Positions 1 through 10,454 of a stretch of 48,739 bases of DNA are shown here, piece by piece. The notes under the pieces are model-generated. The model saw only the letters and a list, made by a program, of their open reading frames with translations, ran no database searches and had not been told where the DNA came from. This DNA comes from Candidatus Saccharibacteria bacterium UBA6824. GTDB taxonomy: Bacteria; Patescibacteriota; Saccharimonadia; Saccharimonadales; UBA10212. The translations under genes and the position numbers were made by a program. The DNA lies in assembly GCA_002452155.1 (NCBI GenBank), contig DKEK01000004.1:18336-67074 (forward strand). Reading direction: 5' to 3'. How positions within the stretch are numbered: the stretch's first letter is position 1; the number at the start of each line of letters is the position of its first letter.

Positions 1-123
1 GCCGGAGGGGATGATGGAGTCATATTTGTGAGTACCATCGCCTTGGTGCTGCACAGAGAGATAGTCATTGAGTATATTGCCCCAGGTGCCATCATCAGAG
101 CCGGGGGTGGGGAGTCTAGACAT
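1..123 (-). CDS. N-terminal fragment of a protein beginning MSRLPTPGSDDGTWGNILNDYLSVQH (runs off the window)
   Basis: Manual translation from ATG at 123, open to the window edge. The RLPTPGxDDGTWGxILNDYL start resembles, from memory, a recurrent Saccharibacteria N-terminal motif. Not in the ORF track. Confidence 0.7.
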   Translation of the reverse strand, partial: MSRLPTPGSDDGTWGNILNDYLSVQHQGDGTHKYDSIIPSG

Positions 124-155
124 TAGCTAGACCCCTGGCTGCAGGGCTGTTTAAG

Positions 156-173
156 CTCTCTCTCTCTCTCTCT
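156..173. repeat. (CT)9 dinucleotide simple sequence repeat
   Basis: ctctctctctctctctct read directly, in a divergent intergenic region. Confidence 0.95.
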
Positions 174-328
174 GGACTGTTTTTTAGTCTTAACATATAT
201 GTTTATTGCTTATTGATCATTGCTGATTCCCTCATAGTGCTTGAGGTTATTGTAACAGAATAGCTCGATAGCTCAAGTACCACCCTTTATCTATTTACGA
301 CTCATGGCAGAGGTGCTATAAACCAAGC

Positions 329-1174
329 ATGTCAGTGAACGGCTTTTTCTGGGGCGTTGGACAATCTTTCCACGACGCGGGACTAGTGATGGGACGGAGT
401 TTTAGAGTCTTAAAAAGAGACCCGCAAATATTAATTTATCCATACCTAGCCATTATTTTCATACTGTTGACATACCCGATTGTTGGGCGCTTTGTATTTT
501 CGATGTGGTACAAAGTGCAGTATCCGCAAGTCGTGAGCCAGGTGACCAAAGACACTCCTCACCAGTTGCTGGTACATTTTGGACTGGTGACGTTTTCGGT
601 TTTTTATACAATTTTTGTGACCGCTTATTTTATTAGCGCCATGTCGTCGGTAGTGCTGGCAAAGTTAGAGGACCGCAAGGTTCCCACATCCTATGGTCTA
701 AGGATTATATTCTCCAGGTTTTTCCGGATTACAAAGTTTGCCCTTCTGGCTATCTTTTTCTTTCCACTAGGAATAGCCGCCCAGCGCAAAAAATTCAGAA
801 GCCTCCGCGGCGCTTTTGAAGCCATCAGCAGTTCTTTTTCGCTAAGCATGTCGCAGCTGGCACCAGCCATTGTAACCGGCCAAAAGGGAGTCTTTAATAC
901 CGTTTGCGATGCTGTCGAAACCCTTGGTACAGCCTGGAGACAAAGCTTAGTGATAAGAATCGGTACTTTCGTGGCCATTTTACTTTTGGGCTCAATCAGC
1001 TTTTTACCTAAGCTTATTGAGCTTTATTGGTTTGACGACCACAGCGCGCAGGTTGTCGGCTGGGTGCTGACTGCCCTTGTGGGCGCCAGTACTTACGTAA
1101 TAATCCGAATTGTCGGCGCCGTCTTTACTACGACGTTATATTTCGAGGCCAAAAACCGCCGCACCAAAACTTGA
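329..1174 (+). CDS. Multi-pass membrane protein (possibly DUF6159-like)
   Basis: 281 aa with several hydrophobic helices; family guess from memory only. Confidence 0.75.
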   Translation: MSVNGFFWGVGQSFHDAGLVMGRSFRVLKRDPQILIYPYLAIIFILLTYPIVGRFVFSMWYKVQYPQVVSQVTKDTPHQLLVHFGLVTFSVFYTIFVTAYFISAMSSVVLAKLEDRKVPTSYGLRIIFSRFFRITKFALLAIFFFPLGIAAQRKKFRSLRGAFEAISSSFSLSMSQLAPAIVTGQKGVFNTVCDAVETLGTAWRQSLVIRIGTFVAILLLGSISFLPKLIELYWFDDHSAQVVGWVLTALVGASTYVIIRIVGAVFTTTLYFEAKNRRTKT

Positions 1175-1231
1175 TGCTTCATAATCTGATTGCAAACTAC
1201 TCCGCTCAGGTTCTGGTGCGGGGCAAGCAAA
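1150..1231 (+). repeat. ~80 bp palindromic repeat element, copy 1 (copy 2 at 39707-39789, inverted)
   Basis: Shared core cataatctgattgcaRactactccgctcagg, flanked by ccgcacc...ggtgcgggg arms. Confidence 0.85.
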
Positions 1232-1246
1232 AAATAACTCCTTATC

Positions 1247-1255
1247 TGCTATAAT
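1247..1255 (+). promoter_or_regulatory. Extended -10 promoter (TGCTATAAT) upstream of tRNA-Pro
   Basis: Exact TGnTATAAT. Confidence 0.55.
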
Positions 1256-1387
1256 TCAATCTGTTCTTTTAGCAATTTCACAAAAACCCGCTTTAGCAGT
1301 TTTTGTGAAATTGAAAGGAGCGACATAGCACTAAGCCAAAGCTTTTGGCGAATAGACAAAACGAGGCAAGTGCGTAAGTCGCGACGA

Positions 1388-1464
1388 CGGGGAGTAGCGC
1401 AGTTGGCTAGCGCACCGCGTTTGGGACGCGGGGGTCGCAGGTTCGAGTCCTGTCTCCCCGACCA
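1388..1464 (+). tRNA. tRNA-Pro(TGG)
   Basis: Cloverleaf CGGGGAG/CTCCCCG, anticodon arm CCGCG-TTTGGGA-CGCGG, GGTTCGAGTCC, encoded CCA. Confidence 0.97.
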
Positions 1465-1577
1465 CGTCACAATTAATATCAACCCCGCTATAAATTTGCA
1501 CAATCAAGTGGCACAAATTTAGCGGGGTTTTGTATTGTTGTTCCTTTTCCGTTTTGCGCAACCCCGCGCAAAACGGG
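1465..1577 (+). repeat. 113-nt structured element abutting the tRNA-Pro CCA (copy 1)
   Basis: About 84% identical without gaps (18 mismatches by manual alignment) to the reverse complement of 25163-25275; two hairpins. Confidence 0.9.
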
Positions 1578-1591
1578 TCAACTGCAATTAA

Positions 1592-3106
1592 CTACTTGGC
1601 GAATTCGATGGCGCGGGTTTCGCGGATGACGTTGACTTTGATGGTACCGGGGTACTGCATAGTCGATTCGATCTTGTTAGCTACATCGCGGGCCAGACGG
1701 ATGGCTTGCAGGTCGTCGATGGACTTGGGCTGTACAAACACTCGCACCTCACGGCCGGCCGAGATGGCGTAGGCTTTTTCGACACCGTCAAAGCCGATGG
1801 CTGTGTTTTCCAGATCCTTCATTCGTTCGACAAAGCCCTCGGCGCTAATATTGCGGGCACCAGGCCGGGCGCCGGAAATGGCATCGACGACGCGCACGAT
1901 CAAAGCTTCGGTTGTAGTGGCGTCGATGTCGTCATGGTGGGCTTCGGCAGCATGGGCGACTTCTTCGGGCGCACCGTATTTGCGCAGCATCTCGCCGGTG
2001 ATGTGATGGTGTTTACCTTCGACTTTATGTGAAAGCGCCTTGCCAATATCGTGTGTCAGGGCGGCGTACTTGGCGATTTTAGCATTGGCGCCGAGTTCCT
2101 CGGCCAACACTCCGGCAATCTGGGCCATTTCTACGCTGTGCTTTAGAACATTCTGGCCGTAGCTGGTGCGATATTTAAGTTCGCCTAGCAACTGTAAGAT
2201 TTCTTTAGGCACGCCGACGATTCCGACCTCGCGGGCGGCATCCTCGCCGGCCCGCACAACGTCTTTTTGGACTTGAGCTTGGGCCTTTTCTACTACTTCT
2301 TCAATGCGGCCGGGGTGGACCCGGCCGTCTTTGAGAAGCATTTCCATGGCTTGGCGGCCCACCTCACGGCGCACCGGATCAAAGCTGGAAAGCACAATCA
2401 TGCCCGGTGTTTCATCGACTAAAATGTCCACACCGGTAGCTCGTTGTAGCGCTTGGATGTTGCGGCCTTCCTTGCCGATAATACGGCCTTTCATTTCTTC
2501 GTCTTCGAGCTTGACGGATGTAACGGTCCGCTCGGCCGTGACCTCGCTGGCCATCCGTTCCATAGCCGTTACCAAAGCTACGCCCGCCAGTTCCTCGGCG
2601 TTTTCTTTGGCTTCATTTTGCAGCTTGATGATTAAACCTTCGAGGTCGTTGCGGATATCGCGCTCGGTCATTTGCATTAGTTTTTCGGTAGCACTGACTT
2701 TGGTCAGTTTGGCGATTTTCTCCAACTTATCCTGCTGTTTTTTGCGGATATCGCGAATTTCATTTTTCAATGCATCGACTTCATCTTCGCCCTTGCGCAG
2801 GTTTTGGCCCCGCTTATCCAGATCATCCAATTTTTTGTCTAGTGCGTCTTGGCGCTCCAACAGCCGGTTTTCCAAATCTTTAAGCTCATTACGTCTTTTT
2901 TGCTCTTCTTTTCTGGCTTCGTCGACACGTTTGCCGGCCTCTTCCTGAGCTTTGCGGACCAAAGCTTCGCCTTCTTTTTTGGCCCGGCTTAGTTCCTTTT
3001 TAGCCTCTTCCTGGGCTTTGCCCTGCGTCAGCCGGTTGATGTAAGTAGTCCCTCCGCCACCCACTACAAGGCCGGCTATTGCCAGCACAATAGTAAGTAC
3101 TATCAT
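1592..3106 (-). CDS. rny: Ribonuclease Y
   Basis: N-terminal TM, coiled coil, KH domain (KGRIIGKEGRNI), HD domain (THDIGK). Confidence 0.97.
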   Translation of the reverse strand: MIVLTIVLAIAGLVVGGGGTTYINRLTQGKAQEEAKKELSRAKKEGEALVRKAQEEAGKRVDEARKEEQKRRNELKDLENRLLERQDALDKKLDDLDKRGQNLRKGEDEVDALKNEIRDIRKKQQDKLEKIAKLTKVSATEKLMQMTERDIRNDLEGLIIKLQNEAKENAEELAGVALVTAMERMASEVTAERTVTSVKLEDEEMKGRIIGKEGRNIQALQRATGVDILVDETPGMIVLSSFDPVRREVGRQAMEMLLKDGRVHPGRIEEVVEKAQAQVQKDVVRAGEDAAREVGIVGVPKEILQLLGELKYRTSYGQNVLKHSVEMAQIAGVLAEELGANAKIAKYAALTHDIGKALSHKVEGKHHHITGEMLRKYGAPEEVAHAAEAHHDDIDATTTEALIVRVVDAISGARPGARNISAEGFVERMKDLENTAIGFDGVEKAYAISAGREVRVFVQPKSIDDLQAIRLARDVANKIESTMQYPGTIKVNVIRETRAIEFAK

Positions 3107-3289
3107 ATATAGTCCTCTCTAGGACCGAGACGCTCACGTTACCGTGCAATCACTATCACTTCTTTAGCTTGGCAAAAGCAAGCGTTATGGTTCAAAAATT
3201 AATTTATCTTAGTCGGATTTTCCCTAAAACACCCAGAATAATCCTGCTTTTACTATAGAACCGATTTTAAAAAATCGCAATGAAAAGCT

Positions 3290-3682
3290 TCATGATTTCT
3301 GTGCAGAAGTGACGGCCGGACGGTCGTAGTAGGGGGTGGCAATTTTGTCGGTCTTACCGGCCAGCAAATGATTTATTCCTTTTTCCAGCCAATCGTCGCC
3401 TTTACGCGCCACAATTGGAATATTCTGGGCATAAGCCAGCGCGTTAGCTACGGTTAAACCAATGCGCAAGCCGGTGAAGCTTCCCGGACCTTTGAAGCAT
3501 ACAATACCATCAATTTCGTTTAGAGAAATGCTTGACCTGTTAAGTAGTTTGTCGATCTGCTTGTGGATTGTACCCGAAAGTTCGCGGTGGGCTTGCCACT
3601 TTTGTTGGTCCAGTTTTTTACTACGGTCATATAAATATAGCTCGGCTTGGGGCTTGTCCGTCCTAATCGCCAAGATAATCAC
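3290..3682 (-). CDS. tsaB: tRNA threonylcarbamoyladenosine biosynthesis protein TsaB (short form)
   Basis: GPGSFTGLRIG motif; GTG start at 3682 overlaps the tsaE TGA. Confidence 0.92.
   Translation of the reverse strand: MIILAIRTDKPQAELYLYDRSKKLDQQKWQAHRELSGTIHKQIDKLLNRSSISLNEIDGIVCFKGPGSFTGLRIGLTVANALAYAQNIPIVARKGDDWLEKGINHLLAGKTDKIATPYYDRPAVTSAQKS
3526..3550. repeat. Palindromic motif CTTRAC-YT-GTTAAGTA, copy inside tsaB
   Basis: aaatgcttgacctgttaagtagttt; 16 bp identical to 46601-46616. Confidence 0.75.
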
Positions 3683-4176
3683 GGGCGTAGCTCCTGCCAA
3701 TTTGTCTCTAGCTTTCCCACGACTGAGACCTTTGACTGCGGATAGCTGATGGTAATTTCTCTCTGCTGAGAATCGTTGGCTGTCATCTTAAATTCAATAC
3801 TCAGCCTATCTTCCGGCAAAACATTTTGGACGATGTCGCTCCATTCGACCACAGTGATTACCTTTCCGTCCTGCAGTGATTCAGCCAACTGGTCGGCCAC
3901 AATCCCGGCATTGTTTAGGCGATAAAAATCAAAGTGATGAATTTCTAAATTCTTGGCTTTGTAAATTTTGCTTAAAGTAAAGGTCGGACTAGCAACCGTG
4001 TCTTTACTTCCCAAACCACGAGCTAAACCGCGAACGAAGGTTGTCTTGCCACCACCTAAATCTGCCTTCAGCTCCACCGTCGCCGGCGCCTGCAGCAGCT
4101 GCCCCAGCAGCTGCCCGAGCCGCTCGGTATCGGCGAAGCTGGTAGAAACGGTTTCGTAGATCATTGCGGTACTCAT
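3679..4176 (-). CDS. tsaE: tRNA threonylcarbamoyladenosine biosynthesis ATPase TsaE
   Basis: ADLGGGKTT P-loop, SPTF, HFDFYRL, VEW; start uncertain (4185, 4176 or 4164). Confidence 0.95.
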   Translation of the reverse strand: MSTAMIYETVSTSFADTERLGQLLGQLLQAPATVELKADLGGGKTTFVRGLARGLGSKDTVASPTFTLSKIYKAKNLEIHHFDFYRLNNAGIVADQLAESLQDGKVITVVEWSDIVQNVLPEDRLSIEFKMTANDSQQREITISYPQSKVSVVGKLETNWQELRP

Positions 4177-5530
4177 ATGCAGCATATGCTACTGCGCCGG
4201 CCCCCACGGCTGCAAGCACAAGTGGGTGCAGCGGACTGGCATTTTTAGCCGGCGACGGAGAATTAGAATTGTTGGCTGTTGTTGAAGCAGCCTTTACTTT
4301 GGCGGTCGAAGCACTTTTAGGCGCGGCGGCAGATTTTTTAGCAGCACTGTTAGTAGTAGTGCCGGTGGTCAAGGCTTTAACGGTTAACGGCTGGTGGATG
4401 ACGTTGGCGCCGCCGGCTGTCGGTGTGGTGGTCCAATACCAGGTGCCATTTGCCAGCGCCCAGCTCTGCCCATCGTCGGCTGTGGCATAAGTGTCGCTTT
4501 GGCTGATTAAGTTGCCGGCGGGATCAAGCAAGCGCGCCTGGCCGCCGCTATTGGACAAATTCATGTTTGTATCAATCGAAAAGAAGGCCGTAAAACTTTT
4601 TGGGGCCAGACTGGTACCAGCTGGGAAGGTGTAGTTATGGAGGGTGGTGGTGCCGGTTTGAAGCTTAAAACCGCTGAGATCAAAGGCTACATCGTTGGAG
4701 TTATAAATTTCGACAAATTCATCCTCATCATCGGTTTGTGGTGCCGCCGGGTTGGGCATCAGCTCGTTGATGATTGGCGCTGCCAGCCCAATGTCCGTTA
4801 ATGGCAGGCCGCTGGTAGCCGAAGCCGGGTCAGTTGGGTCATCTTGGACAATAGTTGCCGGTGGTGGCGCGCCCGGCAGTAATTGCGCGCCAATGCCGGT
4901 TGGACCAGGTACAAGCGCACTGCCGATTTTGACATTCAGCTGGCAAGAATTAACGGCATCGGTATCGGCCTGCTGCCACAAAAATGCCGGTGGCGGGGCG
5001 CTGTTTTGGTAGCGGTAATAAGCGCCCGCTGGATCGGCCGTGTTGCTTGGAACATTGGCGATCATCCCGGCGGCAGCATTGGCGCCGCTACTCCAGCTAA
5101 CTGAATCACCGGCCGTTTGTACCAACGTGTTACCGCTCAGACTGGTTTGGACAACTTCCAAAAAGCCGCCCGAATCGGTCAGGCTCACCGATAGACGAGC
5201 CGTAACTGCGGCACCACAAGTAGCGCCGCCGCCAGCGCTCAATAAAATAGTCTGGCCTGGGGCCAGAGCCGCCGCTGGCAATTGCTGAGTCGAGCTACTA
5301 ACACCGGCCGCCAAAGGGTTGGTACCATTAAAGGCGTAGAGCCAGTAACGGCTAAGGTCGGCAATTGCCGCGCCGTTGTTTTGCAGCATTACAAATTCAC
5401 TGCCGGTGATTTTTATCTCAGCCAGCGACAGACCGTTGGGAGTAGCTAAACTTGGTGGGCTGGCAGCCAGGATTTTTGGAATAGAACTTCCCCAAAGCAC
5501 AAGAAATATAACCATAACATATTTCTTCAT
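4004..5530 (-). CDS. Lamin tail domain-containing surface protein with C-terminal TM anchor
   Basis: Signal peptide, INELMPNP...EFVEIYN lamin-tail motif, Ser/Thr/Ala linker, TM; ATG 5530 lies 8 nt after TATAAT. Confidence 0.85.
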   Translation of the reverse strand: MKKYVMVIFLVLWGSSIPKILAASPPSLATPNGLSLAEIKITGSEFVMLQNNGAAIADLSRYWLYAFNGTNPLAAGVSSSTQQLPAAALAPGQTILLSAGGGATCGAAVTARLSVSLTDSGGFLEVVQTSLSGNTLVQTAGDSVSWSSGANAAAGMIANVPSNTADPAGAYYRYQNSAPPPAFLWQQADTDAVNSCQLNVKIGSALVPGPTGIGAQLLPGAPPPATIVQDDPTDPASATSGLPLTDIGLAAPIINELMPNPAAPQTDDEDEFVEIYNSNDVAFDLSGFKLQTGTTTLHNYTFPAGTSLAPKSFTAFFSIDTNMNLSNSGGQARLLDPAGNLISQSDTYATADDGQSWALANGTWYWTTTPTAGGANVIHQPLTVKALTTGTTTNSAAKKSAAAPKSASTAKVKAASTTANNSNSPSPAKNASPLHPLVLAAVGAGAVAYAAYEYRNDLRNRFYQLRRYRAARAAAGAAAAGAGDGGAEGRFRWWQDNLRSRFSSWFGK

Positions 5531-5619
5531 TACTACCAATTATAATTACACGAGTGCCGTCGAAAAGTGCTTTAGCTAACAAATATGTTGTAGATTTTAT
5601 ATGCAAACTAGGTAGTGAG

Positions 5620-5634
5620 TCCGCCTGAGGCGGA
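5620..5634. repeat. REP-like hairpin TCCGCC-N3-GGCGGA
   Basis: Same core at 12554-12572 and 39919-39938. Confidence 0.65.
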
Positions 5635-5679
5635 TCTACTACTGGGCAAGCAGCAGCGTTTTAGAGTTATACTAAAAAC

Positions 5680-6216
5680 ATGCTGCTGATGAGTAAGAGT
5701 CTTTATAATCGACCCGTGATGAGCCTGCGGGTCGGGCGGCCGGTAGCGGTGGCGGTTGAGCCAATTCTCAATCCCCACAACCTCAAAATTCTAGGCTGGT
5801 GGTGCAAAGTACCGGGTGCCAGTAAACAACATGTCCTGCTGGCTGAAGATGTACGGGAGGTTACGCCCCAAGGTCTAGCCATCAATGACGATGATGCCCT
5901 AAGCCACAGCGATGATTTAGTCCGGCATAACGAAATTTTGAGCCTTCACTTTCATCTGCTGGACAAAACCGTCAAAACCAAGCGCAGTAAACTCGGTAAA
6001 GTCAGTGGTTTTGTTTACGATAGCGACGCCATGTTGATACAAAAACTCCACGTCGCTCGCCCGCTGAGCAAACTGCTGGCTTCAGAAGATACTTTGATTA
6101 TTGATCGCAACCAAATAATTGAAGTGACTGACCGCTACATTTTAGTCCGCGACGCCGATGTGAAAGTCAGCGAAGAAGAATTGGCACCAGCCATAGAAGC
6201 CTTGCCAGCCGCCTAA
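5680..6216 (+). CDS. PRC-barrel-like domain protein
   Basis: Two repeated beta-barrel-like segments (LGKVSGFVYD, IIDRNQIIEV). Confidence 0.7.
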   Translation: MLLMSKSLYNRPVMSLRVGRPVAVAVEPILNPHNLKILGWWCKVPGASKQHVLLAEDVREVTPQGLAINDDDALSHSDDLVRHNEILSLHFHLLDKTVKTKRSKLGKVSGFVYDSDAMLIQKLHVARPLSKLLASEDTLIIDRNQIIEVTDRYILVRDADVKVSEEELAPAIEALPAA

Positions 6217-6312
6217 AGCGGCTAACGCCTTATAAGGAACCCTTTCGCGGTTCCTTATCGCGCCGGGTGCGGAATAAATCCGCAACTCGGGCTATCTTCC
6301 GGATGCAAATTC

Positions 6313-6350
6313 AGTACCCATTTTCAGTCATATGACTGAAAATGGGTACT
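6313..6350. repeat. Perfect 38-bp palindrome with CATATG centre (family also at 29524 and 36008)
   Basis: agtacccattttcagtcat|atgactgaaaatgggtact. Confidence 0.9.
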
Positions 6351-6957
6351 ATTTGGGTTGATCGACAGCCAAGGCTTGTTTAACATCTTGCCAGTTGAAG
6401 CCTTGGGCCGTTAGATATTGGGCCAGTTTTTGGGGATCGTTTTTGTAGCGGCTGGATTTACGCTTTTTAGTGATCAGGTCTTTGAGTCTTTGGGTTTCGT
6501 TACCGTCGCCCTCTTGCATTAGCTCATCGATCATTTCCCTAGTCAAACCTTTTTTGAAAAGCTCGGCATAAATAGCGCGGTTGCTTTTGCCGCGGCGCTG
6601 GTGCAGTTCAATTAGCCATTGGCCAAATTTTTGCTCATTCAAATAATTTTTATCGGTGAACTCTCGTATCAGCACCGCCGATAGTTCCGGTTCGGCTTTT
6701 TTGCGGTAAAGATAGTCCTTGAATTCGCGGATCGAATGCGGCCGGTTGAGCAGCCACTCCAGCGACCGGGCGCGCAGCTTGCCATCGTCAGAAAATTTCT
6801 TCAGTCGTTTGACGTCCGCTTGGCTGAGTTCAAGGTCCTTTTTTAATTTATGATTGACTAGCTCGTCAAGGCTCAGCGAAAAACTATATTTTTCGTCTAC
6901 GAAAATACTTACCCGCTGCGGATTTTTGACCTGTTGTTTGATGGCCGTAATTTTCAT
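6349..6957 (-). CDS. recX: Regulatory protein RecX
   Basis: MKITAIKQQVKNPQRVSIFVD, RPHS..E, YLNE..F, YL..QGF; downstream of recA. Confidence 0.9.
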   Translation of the reverse strand: MKITAIKQQVKNPQRVSIFVDEKYSFSLSLDELVNHKLKKDLELSQADVKRLKKFSDDGKLRARSLEWLLNRPHSIREFKDYLYRKKAEPELSAVLIREFTDKNYLNEQKFGQWLIELHQRRGKSNRAIYAELFKKGLTREMIDELMQEGDGNETQRLKDLITKKRKSSRYKNDPQKLAQYLTAQGFNWQDVKQALAVDQPK

Positions 6958-7415
6958 CGTAGACTAAGGATAATAAAGATACCCGCAATAGCCCAGGCGA
7001 TTTCTACCAGACCGCCCCAGCCTGATTCTGCCCACTGAAGTGAATAATGAAATTTAGAAAGTGGGTCAAACTTAATTTTCTTCTTTTTAATTCGTCCAAG
7101 ATAAAGATGGTAATAGCCTTGCGCCGCGTCGGGGCAAGTGGCAGCCACCATACATGCCCAAATAAGCCATCTGTGAGTTGGGAATAAAATGACCAGTGCA
7201 ATTAGCAAGGATAAAGACAGCAGGCAATCGAAGACAAGCAAGACAAAAAATTTTCGGCTAAAAAGATGTTCGTCATTTTTACCGGCAAAATAATCGGTGT
7301 GAGGCAGTAAATCTTGGGCAAAATGGCTGACAAAACTGAGCGGCAGTGCCAGGAAGGGATTTCTAACCTTTAGCGCTATGACTGCACCCGTTAGGCCGTG
7401 GTTGAAAATGATCAT
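6954..7415 (-). CDS. Membrane protein, metal-dependent hydrolase-like
   Basis: H..TG, SHF..D..PH, PD and FH..LQW motifs with TM helices. Confidence 0.65.
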   Translation of the reverse strand: MIIFNHGLTGAVIALKVRNPFLALPLSFVSHFAQDLLPHTDYFAGKNDEHLFSRKFFVLLVFDCLLSLSLLIALVILFPTHRWLIWACMVAATCPDAAQGYYHLYLGRIKKKKIKFDPLSKFHYSLQWAESGWGGLVEIAWAIAGIFIILSLR

Positions 7416-7431
7416 TGGCTTAGTTTAGCAA

Positions 7432-8475
7432 TTATTCGGTTGTTTCGGCGGCGGCGCGGGTTTGGGCGGCAATCTTTTCAAAGACTTTGGGATTTTCGCG
7501 CAGATATTTTTTGGCAGCTTCGCGGCCTTGGGCAAATTTTTCGCCGCCGTATTCATACCACGCGCCACTTTTGACCACTATTTCATTGGCGGCGGCCAGG
7601 TCCAAAACATCGCCCTCGGTGCTGATGCCTTGGTCGTACATAATATCGAACTCGGCCTGGCGGAATGGGGGAGCTACTTTGTTTTTGACGACTTTGACGC
7701 GCACATGATTACCAATAACTTCGTCCCCGGTTTTAATTTGAGAGATTCGGCGGATGTCCATGCGCACACTGGAGTAAAACTTCAGTGCCTGGCCGCCAGT
7801 CGTAGTTTCTGGGTTGCCAAACATGACGCCGATTTTCATGCGCAGCTGGTTGACAAAAACGACCGTGCACTTAGTACGAGAAATTATACCGGTCAGTTTA
7901 CGCAGGGCCTGACTCATTAGACGGGCCTGAAGGCCCATATGGGCATCACCCATATCGCCCTCGATTTCGGCTTGGGGCACCAGGGCGGCCACCGAGTCAA
8001 CAACAATAATATCGACGGCATTGGATCTAACTAGAGTTTCAACAACCTCCAGCGCCTGCTCGCCGCTATCGGGTTGAGAGATTAAAAGCGAGTCTATATC
8101 AACGCCCAATTTTTTAGCATAGGCTGGGTCAAGCGCGTGCTCGGCGTCAACATAAGCCGCCGTACCGCCGGTTTTTTGAACTTCGGCTACAGCGTGTAGG
8201 CAAACAGTAGTTTTACCAGAACTTTCCGGACCGTAAATTTCAATTACCCGGCCTTTGGGAATGCCGCCACCCAGAGCGATGTCTAAACTAAGGCTGCCGG
8301 TAGGAATAGTTTCTACATTAACTTTATGGGAGTCACCCAAGCGCATGATCGAGCCGACACCGAACTGTTTCTCTATGGAATCAACTGCCAGTTTTAAAGC
8401 TTGAGCCTTGCCATTGCTAGATTTGCTGCTCGTGTCTGCGATTGTCTTTGGTTCGGCTTTGTCTTTCTTAGCCAT
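7432..8475 (-). CDS. recA: Recombinase RecA
   Basis: [23 protein letters not shown]. Confidence 0.99.
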   Translation of the reverse strand: MAKKDKAEPKTIADTSSKSSNGKAQALKLAVDSIEKQFGVGSIMRLGDSHKVNVETIPTGSLSLDIALGGGIPKGRVIEIYGPESSGKTTVCLHAVAEVQKTGGTAAYVDAEHALDPAYAKKLGVDIDSLLISQPDSGEQALEVVETLVRSNAVDIIVVDSVAALVPQAEIEGDMGDAHMGLQARLMSQALRKLTGIISRTKCTVVFVNQLRMKIGVMFGNPETTTGGQALKFYSSVRMDIRRISQIKTGDEVIGNHVRVKVVKNKVAPPFRQAEFDIMYDQGISTEGDVLDLAAANEIVVKSGAWYEYGGEKFAQGREAAKKYLRENPKVFEKIAAQTRAAAETTE

Positions 8476-8665
8476 AAATTCTCCTTACACCTCTTTGGTA
8501 TAAGTATAGCAAGGGAACCTTGCACCAAAAGTGCTGGAGCTTAAAAAAATTAATAACTAGAAATCAGAAAATAGGAATTTGGCAAACTAGTTGCTGTTTT
8601 GGATTTACTTATTTCCAATCACTAATTGCTAGTTTCTACGACCGAAGGTCGTTATACTTATGCTT

Positions 8666-10453
<1,788 letters not shown>

Positions 10454-10454
10454 T

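Noticed and set aside
121-196. Frameshift fusion of the upstream ORF to the 1-123 gene through the (AG)9 tract
   Set aside because: An in-frame TAG two codons before the ATG blocks fusion at any repeat length.
1249-1772. Short ORFs 1249-1503, 1331-1561, 1530-1772
   Set aside because: They overlap tRNA-Pro, the repeat element, or rny antisense; spurious.
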